Source: Eledone cirrhosa (lineage: Eukaryota). From it: 64,000 nt of DNA. This document shows, piece after piece, positions 40,504 to 54,069 of this stretch (position 1 is its first letter; the number at the start of each line of letters is the position of its first letter). The notes below the pieces were generated by a model. It ran no database searches and was not told where the DNA came from. It worked only from the letters and a program-made list of their open reading frames with translations. The translations under genes were made by a program, and so were the position numbers. Location: the NCBI GenBank assembly GCA_964016885.1, contig OZ024742.1, forward strand, positions 76,942,001 to 77,006,000, given 5' to 3'.

Positions 40504-41512
40504 CATTTAGGTACACACATATATGTAGGTAATCGAAATATACATTTGTTCGTGAGGATATAAATAATTTAGTGGTTCTTCTTAGCAGTTTATGTTCAGT
40601 AATTTACAGTTATTTCGACGATCGGAAAATTACTTGTGAATAAGTGAATAGTAGTGATTATTTATCATAATGTGTGTTTCTTTAAAATCACGTTCACTTT
40701 TGTTTCCTCACACTTTCTCCGCATATTTATATCCAATTATCTCATATTTAATATGTTTTCCGAAGTAGAAGAAATGATGAATAGACAACGCTTGTTAGTA
40801 TGTTCCGTTTTCAATTGCTATTCGGAGAGGTTGCAGAGATTCGCCATCAATATTTGTTTTAATTGCGTAGTCTCCAATAACTACTAACTTTTTGGTACGC
40901 TATAAGTAAACTGATGAAGTCATTTGAAAGATAAAGAATGACTTAGTTGCCTGTTCTCTCAACATGAGTTATATATGAATCATTTACCGGATAATTGTTT
41001 AGAAATTTACCATTAATGATTATTTTTTAGAATTAGTAGTCTACCAAAACTAGTAACCGTTTGAGATGTTATGATTAAAATGAGGTCTTAGAAAATGTAA
41101 GCAATAACCCATTCGTGTATTCTCTAAAAATTAAGGTAAAATATGATGTTTACCGGATCGATAATTCAAGCAAACCCGGACATTTTCTAATTTTTTTAAT
41201 CATTGATTTTTGAGTCCGCGGAAAAATTCGTGTACATTCACTCATGCTGTCACTACCATGCTAACACGAACACTCAACTATATGTGTATGCTGGTAGGTG
41301 ATCAAAACACACTTGTCCTTTCTCCAGAAATGTATTTCTTCCTCCTCTCATTTTCCTCCGTTTATTTCTTCTTTTGCTTCTATCTCCTGTTGAAGATCTA
41401 ACGTCCGAAATATGAAATCTATTTTCCCAGTATATCAAGCATTAAATATCTCTATAATGTTGCACTCTATAATTTTGCTATGTTGTATATATATATATAT
41501 ATATATATATAT

Positions 41513-42110
41513 TTACGTAGATAACAGAGCGTATGTGCATAAACGTACCTGCACCGTGTTGTATTTGTGACAGTTTTGTATTAGCTCAATGTACAAGAAC
41601 AGAGCCGTAATATGTAAAAGAAATCAGAGAACGCCTACATACTCATACAATTTTTATTTGCTGACAATGTTTCATCCATACTATGGTGCAAGATCATCAG
41701 AACTTTATAAACAAAAATACAGTGGTGAGTATAAGCTCTACCAAGCTTACTCACATGAACATTAGGTATACAGTACAGGATAATAAGAGGGAGATCGGAA
41801 ATTAAAAGGATGGAGTGAATGCGTAATGGGGTTGTTATTCAAAATTACAGCTACATATGAGGATATAGGCAGATTTCTCACAAATGGCGAAAGCACGTGA
41901 GGGCACACAGAAACAAATAAAGCACCCAATGATAGTTAAAAAATATAATAATAATAATAAATCAAAAGAAAAATAATAATATAAAAAGATAAATAAATAA
42001 TTTAAAAAAAAATGTATGAAATTTAAAAAAATTAAAACACACAAAAGCCAGAGGAAGTTATGCGCTGGTTACTATATAGAACAGATGATTTCATTTTCGA
42101 TAACTTAGAG
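41513..42110 (-). mobile_element. PLE 3'-end remnant with HHR and tail
   Basis: HHR at 41660-41703 (GTT CTGATGA..CCATA/TATGG..GAAA CATTG TC AGC), AATAAA, hairpin GCTC-TGT..ACA-TT-GAGC at 41584-41605. The 5' boundary is uncertain. Confidence 0.7.
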
Positions 42111-42136
42111 TAATAAAAATACTAAGTGGCCCCTAA

Positions 42137-42210
<74 letters not shown>

Positions 42211-42267
42211 TATATATATATATAAATGTATATATATGCATGTGTGCATATATGTATATATATATAT

Positions 42268-42302
42268 ATTTCGTTTCTGACCCTCCCAAAGTATAACAAT
42301 AT
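42268..42302. mobile_element. 35 bp minimal remnant of the 26047-28743 PLE family
   Basis: ATTTCGTTTCTGA (reverse complement of the terminus at 28732-28744) fused via TGA to TGACCCTCCCAAAGTATAACAATAT (28662-28686), within (TA)n. Confidence 0.75.
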
Positions 42303-42362
42303 ATATATATATATATTTATATGTGTGTGTGTGTGTGTGTGTGCGCGTGTGTGTGTGCGCGC

Positions 42363-42455
<93 letters not shown>

Positions 42456-43293
42456 TGTGTCTGTAGATAATGAGGCAGAGAAATGTGGTAGAACACATCC
42501 TGAAGTGATACAACTCTAAATTCGTGATGTCCATATCGAAAGAGAAAACAATGCGAATGTATAGCAATTACTATTATCCATTGTTATCAATGTATTCAAT
42601 AGTTACTAATAGCATATTTAAAATACACAGTTACATGAACTTTTACGTTAAACATATTCATTATTTCTATAAATTATTAATAATTTCTCAATTAATCTGA
42701 ATGGAAATGAAAAACGAATTCGATAAGGCATCCTGTTAAGAATTAAAACTGCAAAATATGCTCTTTTGCATTTCATTTTCAATCAAATAGTCACGCTACT
42801 CGCAGAAACATACCAGTGTTTTAATGACAGTATGGCGGCTGTAGTGAGTGAAATAACATCATATTATATTTAAATGATGGAAAATACCTAGAATAGCTTC
42901 TTTGAAATTGCTCTTTTAAAATTAAAAATACATGAATTTAGATTAATCATTTTTATTCGAAGATTTCTGTCAAAATACATGTGTAAAATGTGTAAAACTT
43001 CAAGCAAAATATTCAATACAGAAATGAAAAAAATTAATAAAATATGCTGTGCTGTAACTTATTGTTAATCTAATCTTTTCTACTTAATGAAGATACAATT
43101 AAATTTAAAATCAGATTGAAACATTTTTACAGTTCTCAAAACGATATTTTTTTTTTAAATTTACATATTACCGTTGCTGCGACGAGTTTCGTAGTTAAGT
43201 GAAAGCTGCATCGTAACAGATCATACGATACACGTTCAATTCATAGCCGAAACGTTTTCTCTTCATTTACACTATGTCCTAGATATAACATTA

Positions 43294-44984
43294 CACCGTG
43301 TAACAAACATATTCTGTTTCTGGCTTGTAATCACTTTTTTGTGTTGCTTAGATCCTAAATAAATTTTAAAAAGTTCTATTAAACAGTTAAAAGTTTGGGT
43401 TTGTAAACATTCTAAGCTATTCACTAGAATTATTTGTATGCTGGATTTTACGTTGTATGTAAGTTTAATTTGCTTATGTTAAATGATTTTTTAAATATGT
43501 ATTTCCAGTTAAATTAAAATTATAAAATAAAGAGTTTTATAATTATAAAGAAAATTATAAAAGTGCAATAAAGTATAACATTGTTAAAAAGTGGATTAAA
43601 GATATTTATTGATAATGGATTTTTGCACCCTGAATAAAGGGTAAGTTGTATTTTAAGCATTCGTCTCCAGGATGAAGCAGTGGAACTTGGTCAAGGAGGA
43701 AGCGCAGGTGACAAGTCAGAGAAGTCGACACGAACCTTCCTCAGGCGTTTACACTCTTAGGAATGGCCTGTGCTTCTGCCATGACGTGCCTGGACCGTTT
43801 GACGTTATTGGGGAGCCGTTTGTGCCCAAGGAGTGGCGGCTATTTATAGACAGCTCCACCGGAAGTTTAATGGGTGTCCCTAGCTCATTCAGCTCCCTGG
43901 AGGAGGATTACTATAGTGTGAAAGATCTCTTGGAAGCTATGCAATACAACCAGTACAATTGGGAAATCATTGGAGACTTCAAGATGGTGGCTTTCCTGTT
44001 TGGACTCCAAGGAGGCTTTTTCAAATTCCAATGCTTTCCCTGCCTTTGGGACAGCAGCGCCACCTCTGACCACTACAAAAGAAAGAACTGGAAGCAGTGA
44101 ACAGAATTTGTAGTTGGGACCCGGAACGGCATGTATGAGCCACTGGATGATGCCAGGATTTTGCTCGTGCCGCCACTGCACATTAAGTTGGGGTTGATGA
44201 AGCAGTTTGTGAAGGCTCTCAACCAAAAATCAGCCGCTTTTAAGTACCTTCTTGAGTTCTTCCCCAAGTTATCTGAGGCCAAAATCAAAGGTGGAATTTC
44301 TGTTGGACCTCAGATAAAGAAGGTATTTGAGTCTACCGAGTTCTCCAATAAGCTCAATAGTTTTCAGAGAACAGCATGGAACTGTTTCAAGGCAGTTGTT
44401 AAGGGCTTCCTGGGAAACTACAGAGCTGAAATCTACCAGCAACTGGTGCAGGATCTGATACAGGCTTTTAGCGCCATGGGATGCAGGATGTCGCTTAAAC
44501 TCCATATGCTGGACGCTCACCTGGAAAAATTCAAGGACAATATGGGCGCCTACTCAGAAGAACAAGGTGAACGATTCCACCAAGATGTGAAAGAGATAGA
44601 GCGGAGGTACCAGGGCCACTACAATGAAAAAATGATGGAGTACTATATCTGCGGGCTAGTGCGGGAATGCAACCTGGATTACAACCGCAAATCCAGGAGA
44701 TCCAGTCATTTCTGACGTGTATAAGTTGCTTTATAAGTGTTATTTGCTTTTACTTGTTTGCTTTTGATAAGCTTGCGTAATAAAATAAATATATACTCTG
44801 TTGATTTAATTATATGAACTGATAAATTTTAAAAAAAATGATTTTTCTTGAAAAATATGAAAATTTGGCAATATCAACTCCTGACCACAAACCCTAACTT
44901 AGTAATGTTTTTTCATAATAATGCGATATAACAAACCAGGAAATGACACCTATAACCGGGGAACAAGAAATATGTTACACGGTT
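43294..44984 (+). mobile_element. Chapaev3-type (CMC) DNA transposon, internally deleted
   Basis: TIRs CACCGTGTAACA.. / ..TGTTACACGGTT, TTA TSD at 43291-93 and 44985-87, and a transposase C-terminal ORF. Confidence 0.85.
43672..44715 (+). pseudogene. Chapaev3-type transposase (N-truncated, one in-frame TGA at 44098)
   Basis: WRLFIDSS, GDFKMV..LFGLQGG, CFPCLWDS, PPLHIKLGLMKQFVKAL, MSLKLH.L..H, SEEQGERFHQD...ERRYQG. Both ORF pieces are in the same frame. Confidence 0.88.
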
Positions 44985-45104
44985 TTATCAACTCTTCATT
45001 CTTATCTAAGAAAAACTGAAGATTTTCCAATACAAACACATTTACTTCTACACAAAATCAATTTATCTCCTCCCTCTTAATGAGACTACTAGAAAATAAT
45101 TACT

Positions 45105-45236
45105 TATGTAGTTTGTCCTGATAGAAATAGCCTCTCAAATTAAAGCTTAGCAGAAAAGATGCTATGTTGAAATATATGAACAAAATATTTCGGTTATATA
45201 TAGGGACACCACAATATGTAGCTTGAAAATATATGA

Positions 45237-45270
<34 letters not shown>

Positions 45271-45412
45271 TCATATATGTTCAAGCTACATATTGTGGTG
45301 TCCCTATCTATAACCGAAATATTTTGTTCATATCTTTCAACATAACATCTTTTCAGCTAAGCTTTAATTTGAGAGGCATTTGTCTGCTATTTCTATCAGG
45401 ACAAACTACATA
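45105..45412. repeat. Foldback inverted repeat centred on (TA)n
   Basis: 45105-45238 is approximately the reverse complement of 45269-45412. Confidence 0.9.
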
Positions 45413-48309
45413 TCTTTTTAGCTGGTTATCCCACAGATATGCCAGAGTTTATATATATATATATGTATATATATGGGTATATCTTTTTAGCTGGTTATTC
45501 CAGAGATATGACAGAGTTTCGACACATGTCACTTCGAACATTTTTTGCATACAATTAACATTCATATAACATAATATAATATAATATAAAAATCAGATCA
45601 GATAAATTGTTGTGGAAAATGGGGGATTGTTTACGTTAAACTGCTTTCGTGGTTTAGAGAAATACAAAGATGAAAGTTCTACGTGGCCGTTTGAAATAGC
45701 AGTAGCATCACACTCTAACCACAGGTTATTTTACTTAAAAACAAGTAAACCAAATACAATGAGTATTGTAAATTTAACTATTACATCAATGCAACAAGTT
45801 AATATTTTGAACATCCTTGATCATATTTTGTTATGACAGTTGTGTAGGGGATGAAAAACAACATGCATGACGCCAAAGAAAACAATAGTAACAGCTAAAA
45901 GACAAAGATGTTGCATATATAAAAATAAGTCATCATGATCTACTTTTTCAAGTGATACATATGATATTATTTAACTCACCATAGGATATCTATTAGTGAT
46001 AGGATATATATTATTTGTTATTTATGGTTTCTGATTGAGGCAGCAGGCCAAACATTTTGAGGAAACGGGAGTTTTGATTAATTTGACCTCTGTGCGTTAA
46101 TGCTACTATATTTTGTCGATCCCGTGAGGGTGATAAGCAAATTTACCGTTAGTGGTATTCGAAATAAGAACATAAGGAGACGTAATGCAATACCGCGAAG
46201 TATGTTTTCCCACATTCTAACAAACTCGGTCAATCCACCGCTATATTGTTTGCTGTATATCGACAGACAATCTGTCCCACAAAGGAAAAATAGATTTGGT
46301 GTATATATAATGTGTAGTATGTCTGAAAATGAAGGCCGCAGAATTTATTATATTCGTATCTGCGTCAATGAACTATATCATTTTTTTCTTTTAATATACA
46401 TAATTTAATTAGCTTTCTTACTTCAACGAATTTACAATGATAACATGTTTATATTCATCGGAATATGTCCATAGATGCTCATGTGACCTGCTAGAAATTG
46501 AAATTCACTGAAAACTAGGCATTGGCGTTTGCCTCTAAATAGAACTCATCCCACGACAACCAAAAGTGATGTTTTGTTACTTAGAACACGACTGGTTGAT
46601 AACAAGATGAGAACATTTAAACCAACCTGCTGTGTCATGACGCTAAACAACAAACACAACGGAATAAGTTTTATTGGGACGATTATTACGTCCCTACTTT
46701 CTCAATCGATTTACTAAAATAATCGGGTAAATCTCGCATAAAAAACCCTATATTCTCAAAACTAAAAAGGGAACTGTTCATGAAATACTTCAATTCTAAG
46801 CACCAACTAATCACTACTTTAATGTCTTTGATCACCTGTCATTTTTGTTCAGGGGTGAATGAATCACTGTACTACTATTACATGATCCTCTATAAACTAT
46901 TCAAATATTTAGTTATTATTTGGGGACAGTTCATTAATATAATCAACTATAACAAATAATTGTCTCTAGACATTGATTCAATTATTGATGTATATTTTCC
47001 GAATAATTTTCACAACCTTTGCTATTATGTCTTGTCATTTTGGTTGGTAACGTAGATTGTTGAGGCGATGATGTTTCATCATATATATATTTTTCAGTAC
47101 GTGTTATTTCAGAAGATATCTGTATTGTTTCATATCATTCTTTGAAAGAGAGGCGAGAAAGAAATGTTTTAAACTTTACATTGATAATATTCATTGTAAG
47201 CACACTGCGTTATTATTTTAGTATTATGTATGAACTAGACATTCGAGTTAGATCTGAGACATGAAAGTTGATGTTAAATGTAAGCCAATGAACACTAAAC
47301 TTTGTTTAAAATGTTAAGGGAAGAAAGAAAAAGAGAAATAGTATTAGCAAATATATAATTTTACTGTGTCGTTTTCTTGAAGACTAATATCACGAATCAT
47401 TGCAGGATTCGGAACAAATTATAAATCAAGATTGAAAGAAAAAAACAACAACCTATATACTATAAAAGTGTGTCAAAACATAACTGTACGAAAACTGAAT
47501 TACAGCCATCGGGAATTCGTGTTAGTTAAACACGCTACCAATGTTTACCATAGGGGGCAAGCGATGGAAAACGCAGTTCTACGTGATAAATAACATCTAA
47601 ATTGTAACATTGATTTCTTTAAGAAAGGTTAAACGAATGCAGAGGTCGTTCTTTTTTTTTTCTTCCCTGGTATCTATACTAATGAAACAGTTCTAGACTT
47701 TGGCTGTATTATTGTTTACATATAATGTAGTAGCGGAATACTAATCATAAGCGATCCTATTTTCAGACATAGATATTCGGTTATAAAGCTTTCAAGAAAG
47801 AAAATCTAGAAATCATCCTCTGATGATTCTCAAAGGAAAATGCCTTCAAGATTTTGGAGATTAGGCATATATACTATACTATCAAACAATAACATTCCAT
47901 CAAGATTTTACGACATTTGGAGAGATACACCGTTGAATATTTAATGATGTCGTTTTAATAGATATAGTGGTGAACGTATATACTAGAGTACTGGCAAAAT
48001 AGTCCTCAATATATGTTGTCATTCATTTTAACTTGGCGGATTAAATCTTATCCATAACACATTCATTGTTCGAATTTGGTGTACGATAATATATGTACAG
48101 CTATTGATTTATTTTTACATTTCACCATCTCCTCTATTGTTCGTAAATAACATTAAAGAGCACCTCCAACACATTGGTCACGGCTATCCAATGCGGACGC
48201 TAATCTGGATTTCTCAGAAACGGGCAAGTAATTGAAATCCTTATTAATTATGATTAATTTAATCATAACGAGTAGTAATGATAATAACAACAAGAGAAAC
48301 AACAATACT

Positions 48310-48690
48310 ACATTAATAATAGTAACTTGTTTAGTGGAAACGAGGGCCGTAACATGAAGGACAATAGCAAAATCAGCGATATTGGGGCTTAAAAAATAGA
48401 GAGTAAAAAGGATAAGATAACGACAGACAATACAGTTATAACAATAAATATTCCCCGATACGAAGAAAAGCACCCACGGGTGACTTAGGAATACCACCAA
48501 GTCAAACCACCGGACTCTCCAAGAGAATTCTTCTCTAAATACTTTAGCTGGAAGGCGCATGGCCAGAGTAGGCCCATTCACTCAGACAACCCTGGCTACA
48601 TTCACTCCCATTTTGACATATTTACTGGGAGACAGCACTTTCCTCTTTACCCTCAACTTCTTTTCAAAGTGGATCTTGAAAAAGTTGCTC
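48310..48690 (-). mobile_element. L1/Tx1-like LINE 3' end fragment
   Basis: Homologous to 54975-55335 (AACTTTTTCAAG..CACTT, GTGAAT repeats, 3' UTR). Confidence 0.55.
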
Positions 48691-50041
48691 ATGGCTTCGC
48701 CGGAGGAAATGCATTAAGGAGATTAAAGATATGAATGTGTGGATATTAAGGAAAATGGGAGGTAAGAAAGTGAGAACGGAGAGGAAGAAAAAGCGGGAAA
48801 GACGGCAATGGGATTTATGGGAGGAACAGGAGGAAGGGGCATATGGAGGAATGGAATGAATGGATGCATAATGGCAAATATGGTAAAAGGGGATGGACGT
48901 AAACAATAAGAGAAGCGCGGAAAATGGGGTGATGAACTGGAGACGTAGCGGTAATGATTGGGATAGATGGGGAAAGATAAATGAACGAAGGGAATGTGGG
49001 AAAGGGGTGGAGGAGGAGAGAGAGGAGAGACATGAAAAAGAAGAAATGCGTTGAAAGAAGAGGAAAGAGGCCAGAAGAGAGCAGGGGGCGCAAGGAGCGC
49101 AATGGAAAGGAATTTAAATGTGCATTGGAAGGAAGGGACAACGAGCAGAAAAAGAAGAGCAGGGGAAATGTGCTAAAGTGTGCTCACTGAACTGACGTTC
49201 GACGGAGTGCATCCTGAAGACGGCTCCTCCACCTTTTGGCCGGGAAGTGCAGGTAGATTTCCTCTGCCTGGTGGCTGTAGTGAAAGTAATTTAGTGGTAG
49301 ATGTACTGTACCCCTATTATATTTATGAAATGGTCGGTGAATATAACGTGGATGAGCCAAGAGATTTGGCCTACACTGACAATGCGCCTTTCGGTTGGAT
49401 AACTTAGATAGGCGAGAGCCGCCCTCATATGGTGCTCTCCGAGTTTAGGTTGGGTTAGTATTGGTGGGTTTCATAAGTCATTCCTAGGTGTTACTTCACC
49501 CTCTCGGGTAATTTTCAATGTCGAGATTTGTTATCCATAGTGAATGTTTTAGTTTGATTTTCTTTGAGATTTTATTCAATTCTTTATATACTCCATAATT
49601 AATATATCGATTCATTAGGACGATAACTATGTGATTTATTTTGAAACATAACGAAATTCAGAATTCATTTTCAGAAATTCACCGTCTAAAAAATAGGTCG
49701 AAAGAAATATGAATGGAGAAAATGTCACAGATCTGATGATTATTTGAAGCCAATTACCATGATATCGTTAAAATATTCGGAACTAATTAGAAAGTATGAT
49801 TTATATATTTACTTCGGTCTTGTAACAACTACAATAAGGTTCTTAAATGTTATAATTACAGGCTATATATTGTCCGTGAACAACAATATGTAAGAATACA
49901 AGGAGGCATTTTCATAATATACACTGAGGCCAGCACCCCGAATGTTCGAATTAGTTTTGATTTAAATATCTAAATTTAAACACCACACCATACAATATTT
50001 GAATGTCGTCTAAATGGAGCTTGTCGATACCCTACCTTATA

Positions 50042-50108
<67 letters not shown>

Positions 50109-50113
<5 letters not shown>

Positions 50114-50460
50114 CGAAACATAAGTCAATTGCATGAACTCATAATCCTTTATTTGCTGCTATATATATTTCGATGATACCTATTGAATGGCTATGACCTC
50201 ATCAGGCAATTAGTCAGTTCTTAGATATGCCAGCTCTGTGTTTATAGTGTTGATGGTATCAGAGACTAGGCACATATGGGCGCGTTAGGTATAATTGAAT
50301 GTTGTCAGCAGGAATAGTCTTAATTCTCATTGGTCAGTTTGCAGATGCTAGTAGGGTTGGTATTTGACCTCTAAGAGGCAGGTGGTGTTGTAAAGTTCAA
50401 ACCGTCAGGCAAAATCACAATAGTTCCATATGACTGATTTTCACAAAAAGCATTCCTTCG
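50109..50460 (-). mobile_element. PLE 3'-end fragment with HHR (family of 23286)
   Basis: HHR at 50155-50209: TTGC CTGATGA..GAAA TATATA TA GCAG. Confidence 0.85.
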
Positions 50461-50508
50461 GCAAGATTTCATCTTGTTTGTACGAACGTCTTCGTTATAT
50501 ATATATAT

Positions 50509-50696
50509 GAAAATGTTTAACCCCGATGGCAGAGCGCAAGCCGTTTCGAGGGCTATTTCTGGAGTCCAGAAATAGCCGTCGAAATGGCTTGAGCTGTTGG
50601 GGTTAAACATTTTCCTGTTACCCACTCTACTACCCTAAGTATTGAGTACTCTGGTGCGTTATGGTCCATCTCGTTCCTTCCCACACCTCCTTCATT
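50509..50696 (+). mobile_element. Palindromic PLE mini-remnant with tail
   Basis: Arms 50509-50563 and 50565-50614; tail hairpin ACTC-TACT..AGTA-TT-GAGT at 50624-50647. Confidence 0.75.
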
Positions 50697-50711
50697 ATAT
50701 ATATATATATT

Positions 50712-52135
50712 AGAAAGTGAGTTTTTTTACAAAATGAAAAATAACCGGTGTCCTACACGAGTGAAAGTATAAAGAAAAAAAGATGAAATCGACAATGCAA
50801 CTGGAGTCTTATTTAAAAAAAATATATATATATTTATTTGGTTCCTTTACCGGTTTCGCAGTTCTTCTGCTTTTCAAAAGTAGAGTTGAGATGGAGGGTC
50901 TGTGGTTTTTCTCACATCTGGTTGGTCTCTGAATGTTACTTGTTTTATATGGAAAAAGTGGCTCGAAATGCCAGGTTTTTCGAGAAGTAATTTGATTGGT
51001 TGGTCAATAATTATGATACATTTCGCGCCACTTCGCGTTACAAAGTTCTTCAAACAAGGGGGGGGGGGGGGTTGTCACATGTTGTTCTTTTCATATATGA
51101 GTGTTTGAATTTCTTTTTACTTGAAAAAAGGGGCTCACGAAGGCTTTTTTTTAATAAGCATAATTTGATTGGTTATAAATAAAATTATGGCTGTCACGTG
51201 AACAAGTTTTTATAAAATTTTCGCGCCCTTATTTGGAAGTCCATTATGTAGCCTTTTTAGAGAATTTTATGATAAGTAAAATAAAATGCTCAAGAGAAAT
51301 GGGATGGGAGAATTGTTCTGGTTCAGTGAATATGGTTAGTTCGCTGGGGTGTCAGAATTCAGATTTTCTATTGAATAAAGAAAGTAAAGATATGTATGTT
51401 TATTTGTGTGCTTGTGTGTGTGTGTGTGTATTGGAAGATGATTCTATTAGTAGAAATGGGGGATGGAGTTGTGTGTGTGTGTATATGGGTGTTATGTGTG
51501 TGTGTGTGCGAGTATGTTAAGATGGAGAGAATATACATTTTGTGTGTGTGTATATATGTGTGTAGGAAAGTGATTCTATTAGTAGAAATGGGGGATGGAG
51601 TTGTGTATGTGGGTGTGGGGGTTGTTATGTGTGTGTATGGGTGTTATGTGTGTGGGAGTATGGTTAGCATGTTAAGATGAAGAGAATATATATATATATA
51701 TATTGTGTGTGTGTCTGTGTGTAGGAAAATGATTCCTTTAGTAGTAATATATTTGAATGAACATATTTTCCTTACTTTTCAAGTAAAAAGAAATTCAAAC
51801 ACTCATATATGACAAAAACAAGCTGTGACACCCCCCCCCCCCCCCTGTTTGAAGAACTTTGTAACGCGAACTGGCGCGAAATTTATTATAATTATTGACC
51901 AACCAATCAAATTAATTCTCGAAAAACCTGGCATTTCGAGCCACTTTTTCCATATAAAACAGGTAACATTCAGAGACCAACCAGATGTGAGAAAAACCAC
52001 AGACCCTCCATCTTAACTCTACTTTTGAAAAGCCAAAGAACTGCGAAACCGGTAAAGGAACCAAATAAATATATATATATTTTTTTAAAATAAGACTCCA
52101 TTTGCATTTTCGATTTCATCTTTTTTTCTTTATAT
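50712..52135 (-). mobile_element. Neptune-type PLE 3' portion with ~360 bp inverted arm
   Basis: 50768-51127 is approximately the reverse complement of 51776-52135. Tail 50712-50767 begins CTTTCACTCGTGT on the minus strand. Each arm carries an HHR. Confidence 0.85.
50844..50880 (-). ncRNA. Hammerhead ribozyme with U3-A8 core (UUGAAAA)
   Basis: CTT TTGAAAA GCAG-aagaa-CTGC GAAA CCGG TA AAG; second copy at 52022-52058 (+). Confidence 0.7.
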
Positions 52136-52794
52136 ATATATATATATATATATAAATAACATGTGGGCGGGTATATATGAATGTATGTATATACATATAT
52201 ATATATAATGTGTGAGTGTATATATGAATACATGTATGTATGTGTGTACGTATTTGTGTATGCATGAGTGTGTGTTTGTGGGTGCCTGTGTATGTATGTG
52301 TTGGCGTTTGTGTGTATACAAACAACGTTACGTTCATAAAAAGCTCAGGTATAAATTGTATGTATACGAGTATTTTCAGCTGCAGTGCATGTTATCAAAT
52401 TATATAAACTCGGCCGAAAGGTGAATGAATGTCTCATAATCCCATGTTAGACCCTTTGCAATATATGCGTGTAAAATATTGACATGTGACATTGACTTTG
52501 GTTGAGAATTGTTAAATTTGTCAGTTACGTAGCATACACGTAGAAAAGAAACGAGTATTACATAAATACGCATGTACGAAGGTAAGAAGGACAGAAACAT
52601 GTATCTTATATTGGGAAAGATAAACGTTATATGGAAAGTCTTGTTGTCCAATATTTAAACGTGCCATAAACAATATAAGCACTAGAGAATTCAATAAATG
52701 TCAAGCAATTATAAATGAGTCTCCATAAGAATAAGTAAGGATAGCAATTGAATTTTGAGATGAAATAATTAGATATGCATATATGCAAACACAG

Positions 52795-52799
<5 letters not shown>

Positions 52800-52834
<35 letters not shown>

Positions 52835-52848
52835 CGAGAGACAGATAG

Positions 52849-52882
<34 letters not shown>

Positions 52883-52883
52883 A

Positions 52884-52958
<75 letters not shown>
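52800..52958. repeat. (TA)n/(GATA)n/(GA)n compound microsatellite
   Basis: Directly visible. Confidence 0.97.
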
Positions 52959-52962
<4 letters not shown>

Positions 52963-54069
52963 CGAGAGAGTGATTGAGACAGATAAAAATACAGGGAAGA
53001 ACATATGAGTTAACTCTTCGGATGAATGTAAACGAATTTGCCCTAATTCTCTCATTAAGTTTCACATTAAGGTACTCAGCTATTGGAAATGTACGGCCAA
53101 AAATATAATACCAAAATTAGCTGTTTATACTTAATACTATGTATTTAGATACCCGGAAACGATGGATTTACTTTAAGCAAATATGTAAGCAATGGCCTGA
53201 TTGACTGCTGCTTACCCTACTCTACTGCTCGGATTGGACTGAATGCATTGTCTCCCATAATTCGTTACAAGCGATTTCATCGCTATTAACGGGAACCAAC
53301 TGGCCTGCCTTGCCGAAGTACATTGGATCCAGTTTCTGTTGGTTAATACCCATACATAACATCCTTCTCAAAACCATGGGTCATTGCCGGATTGAAATGA
53401 ACTCTAAAAGCATACGGGTCTATCCTAAATGAACACCAAGCAACTCCTTCAATGCACACTCTATCAAGTCCCGTGTATTACAGATTGTAGAGTTATATTA
53501 AAAACCTATTGTCTCATGTAGGATGGATTCTGTTTTCGACTGAGTCTATTCTGAATATCGCTCGTCCGTCTTTTTATAACATGTAATGGAGACCAGTTTT
53601 CCTTTGACTGGTGGTTATGTCGAAAACGACTTTGCTGAAGTTTTCACTGTATATTTCACGTTTCATTTGGAAAGGGAGTTGTATGTAGTGAATGTTGCAA
53701 CCCATAGAAATTTACAAAAACCTTGGAGATTTTTGCGAAAATGAGATCACTCTCACAATATTTTAGTAAGTCAGAGATTGACAATTTCTCACACTTACTA
53801 TTAAGGATTCTTGTAGATATTTGAGTTGGATTTAGATAGCTGCTCTTTATAGTATGTCTACTTGAATTTATTAATTGAATACTCTGTACCACCAAATGTG
53901 TATAGAATGTATATATGTTATTTTAGCTAATCTCCATGTAAGCCCCCACATTCATATATATATTTTTTCTAATATCTAATTCATTCGATGACTTTGTGGC
54001 AAATAAAATAAATCATCGTCATTCCTCTTATGTCTAAATTATCCATGTCTAAATTAAAAGCAATTATTA

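Noticed and set aside
49215-49250. CTGAAGA-CGGC..GCCG-GGAA as a hammerhead
   Set aside because: No GAAA-stem III-UH arrangement and no stem I.
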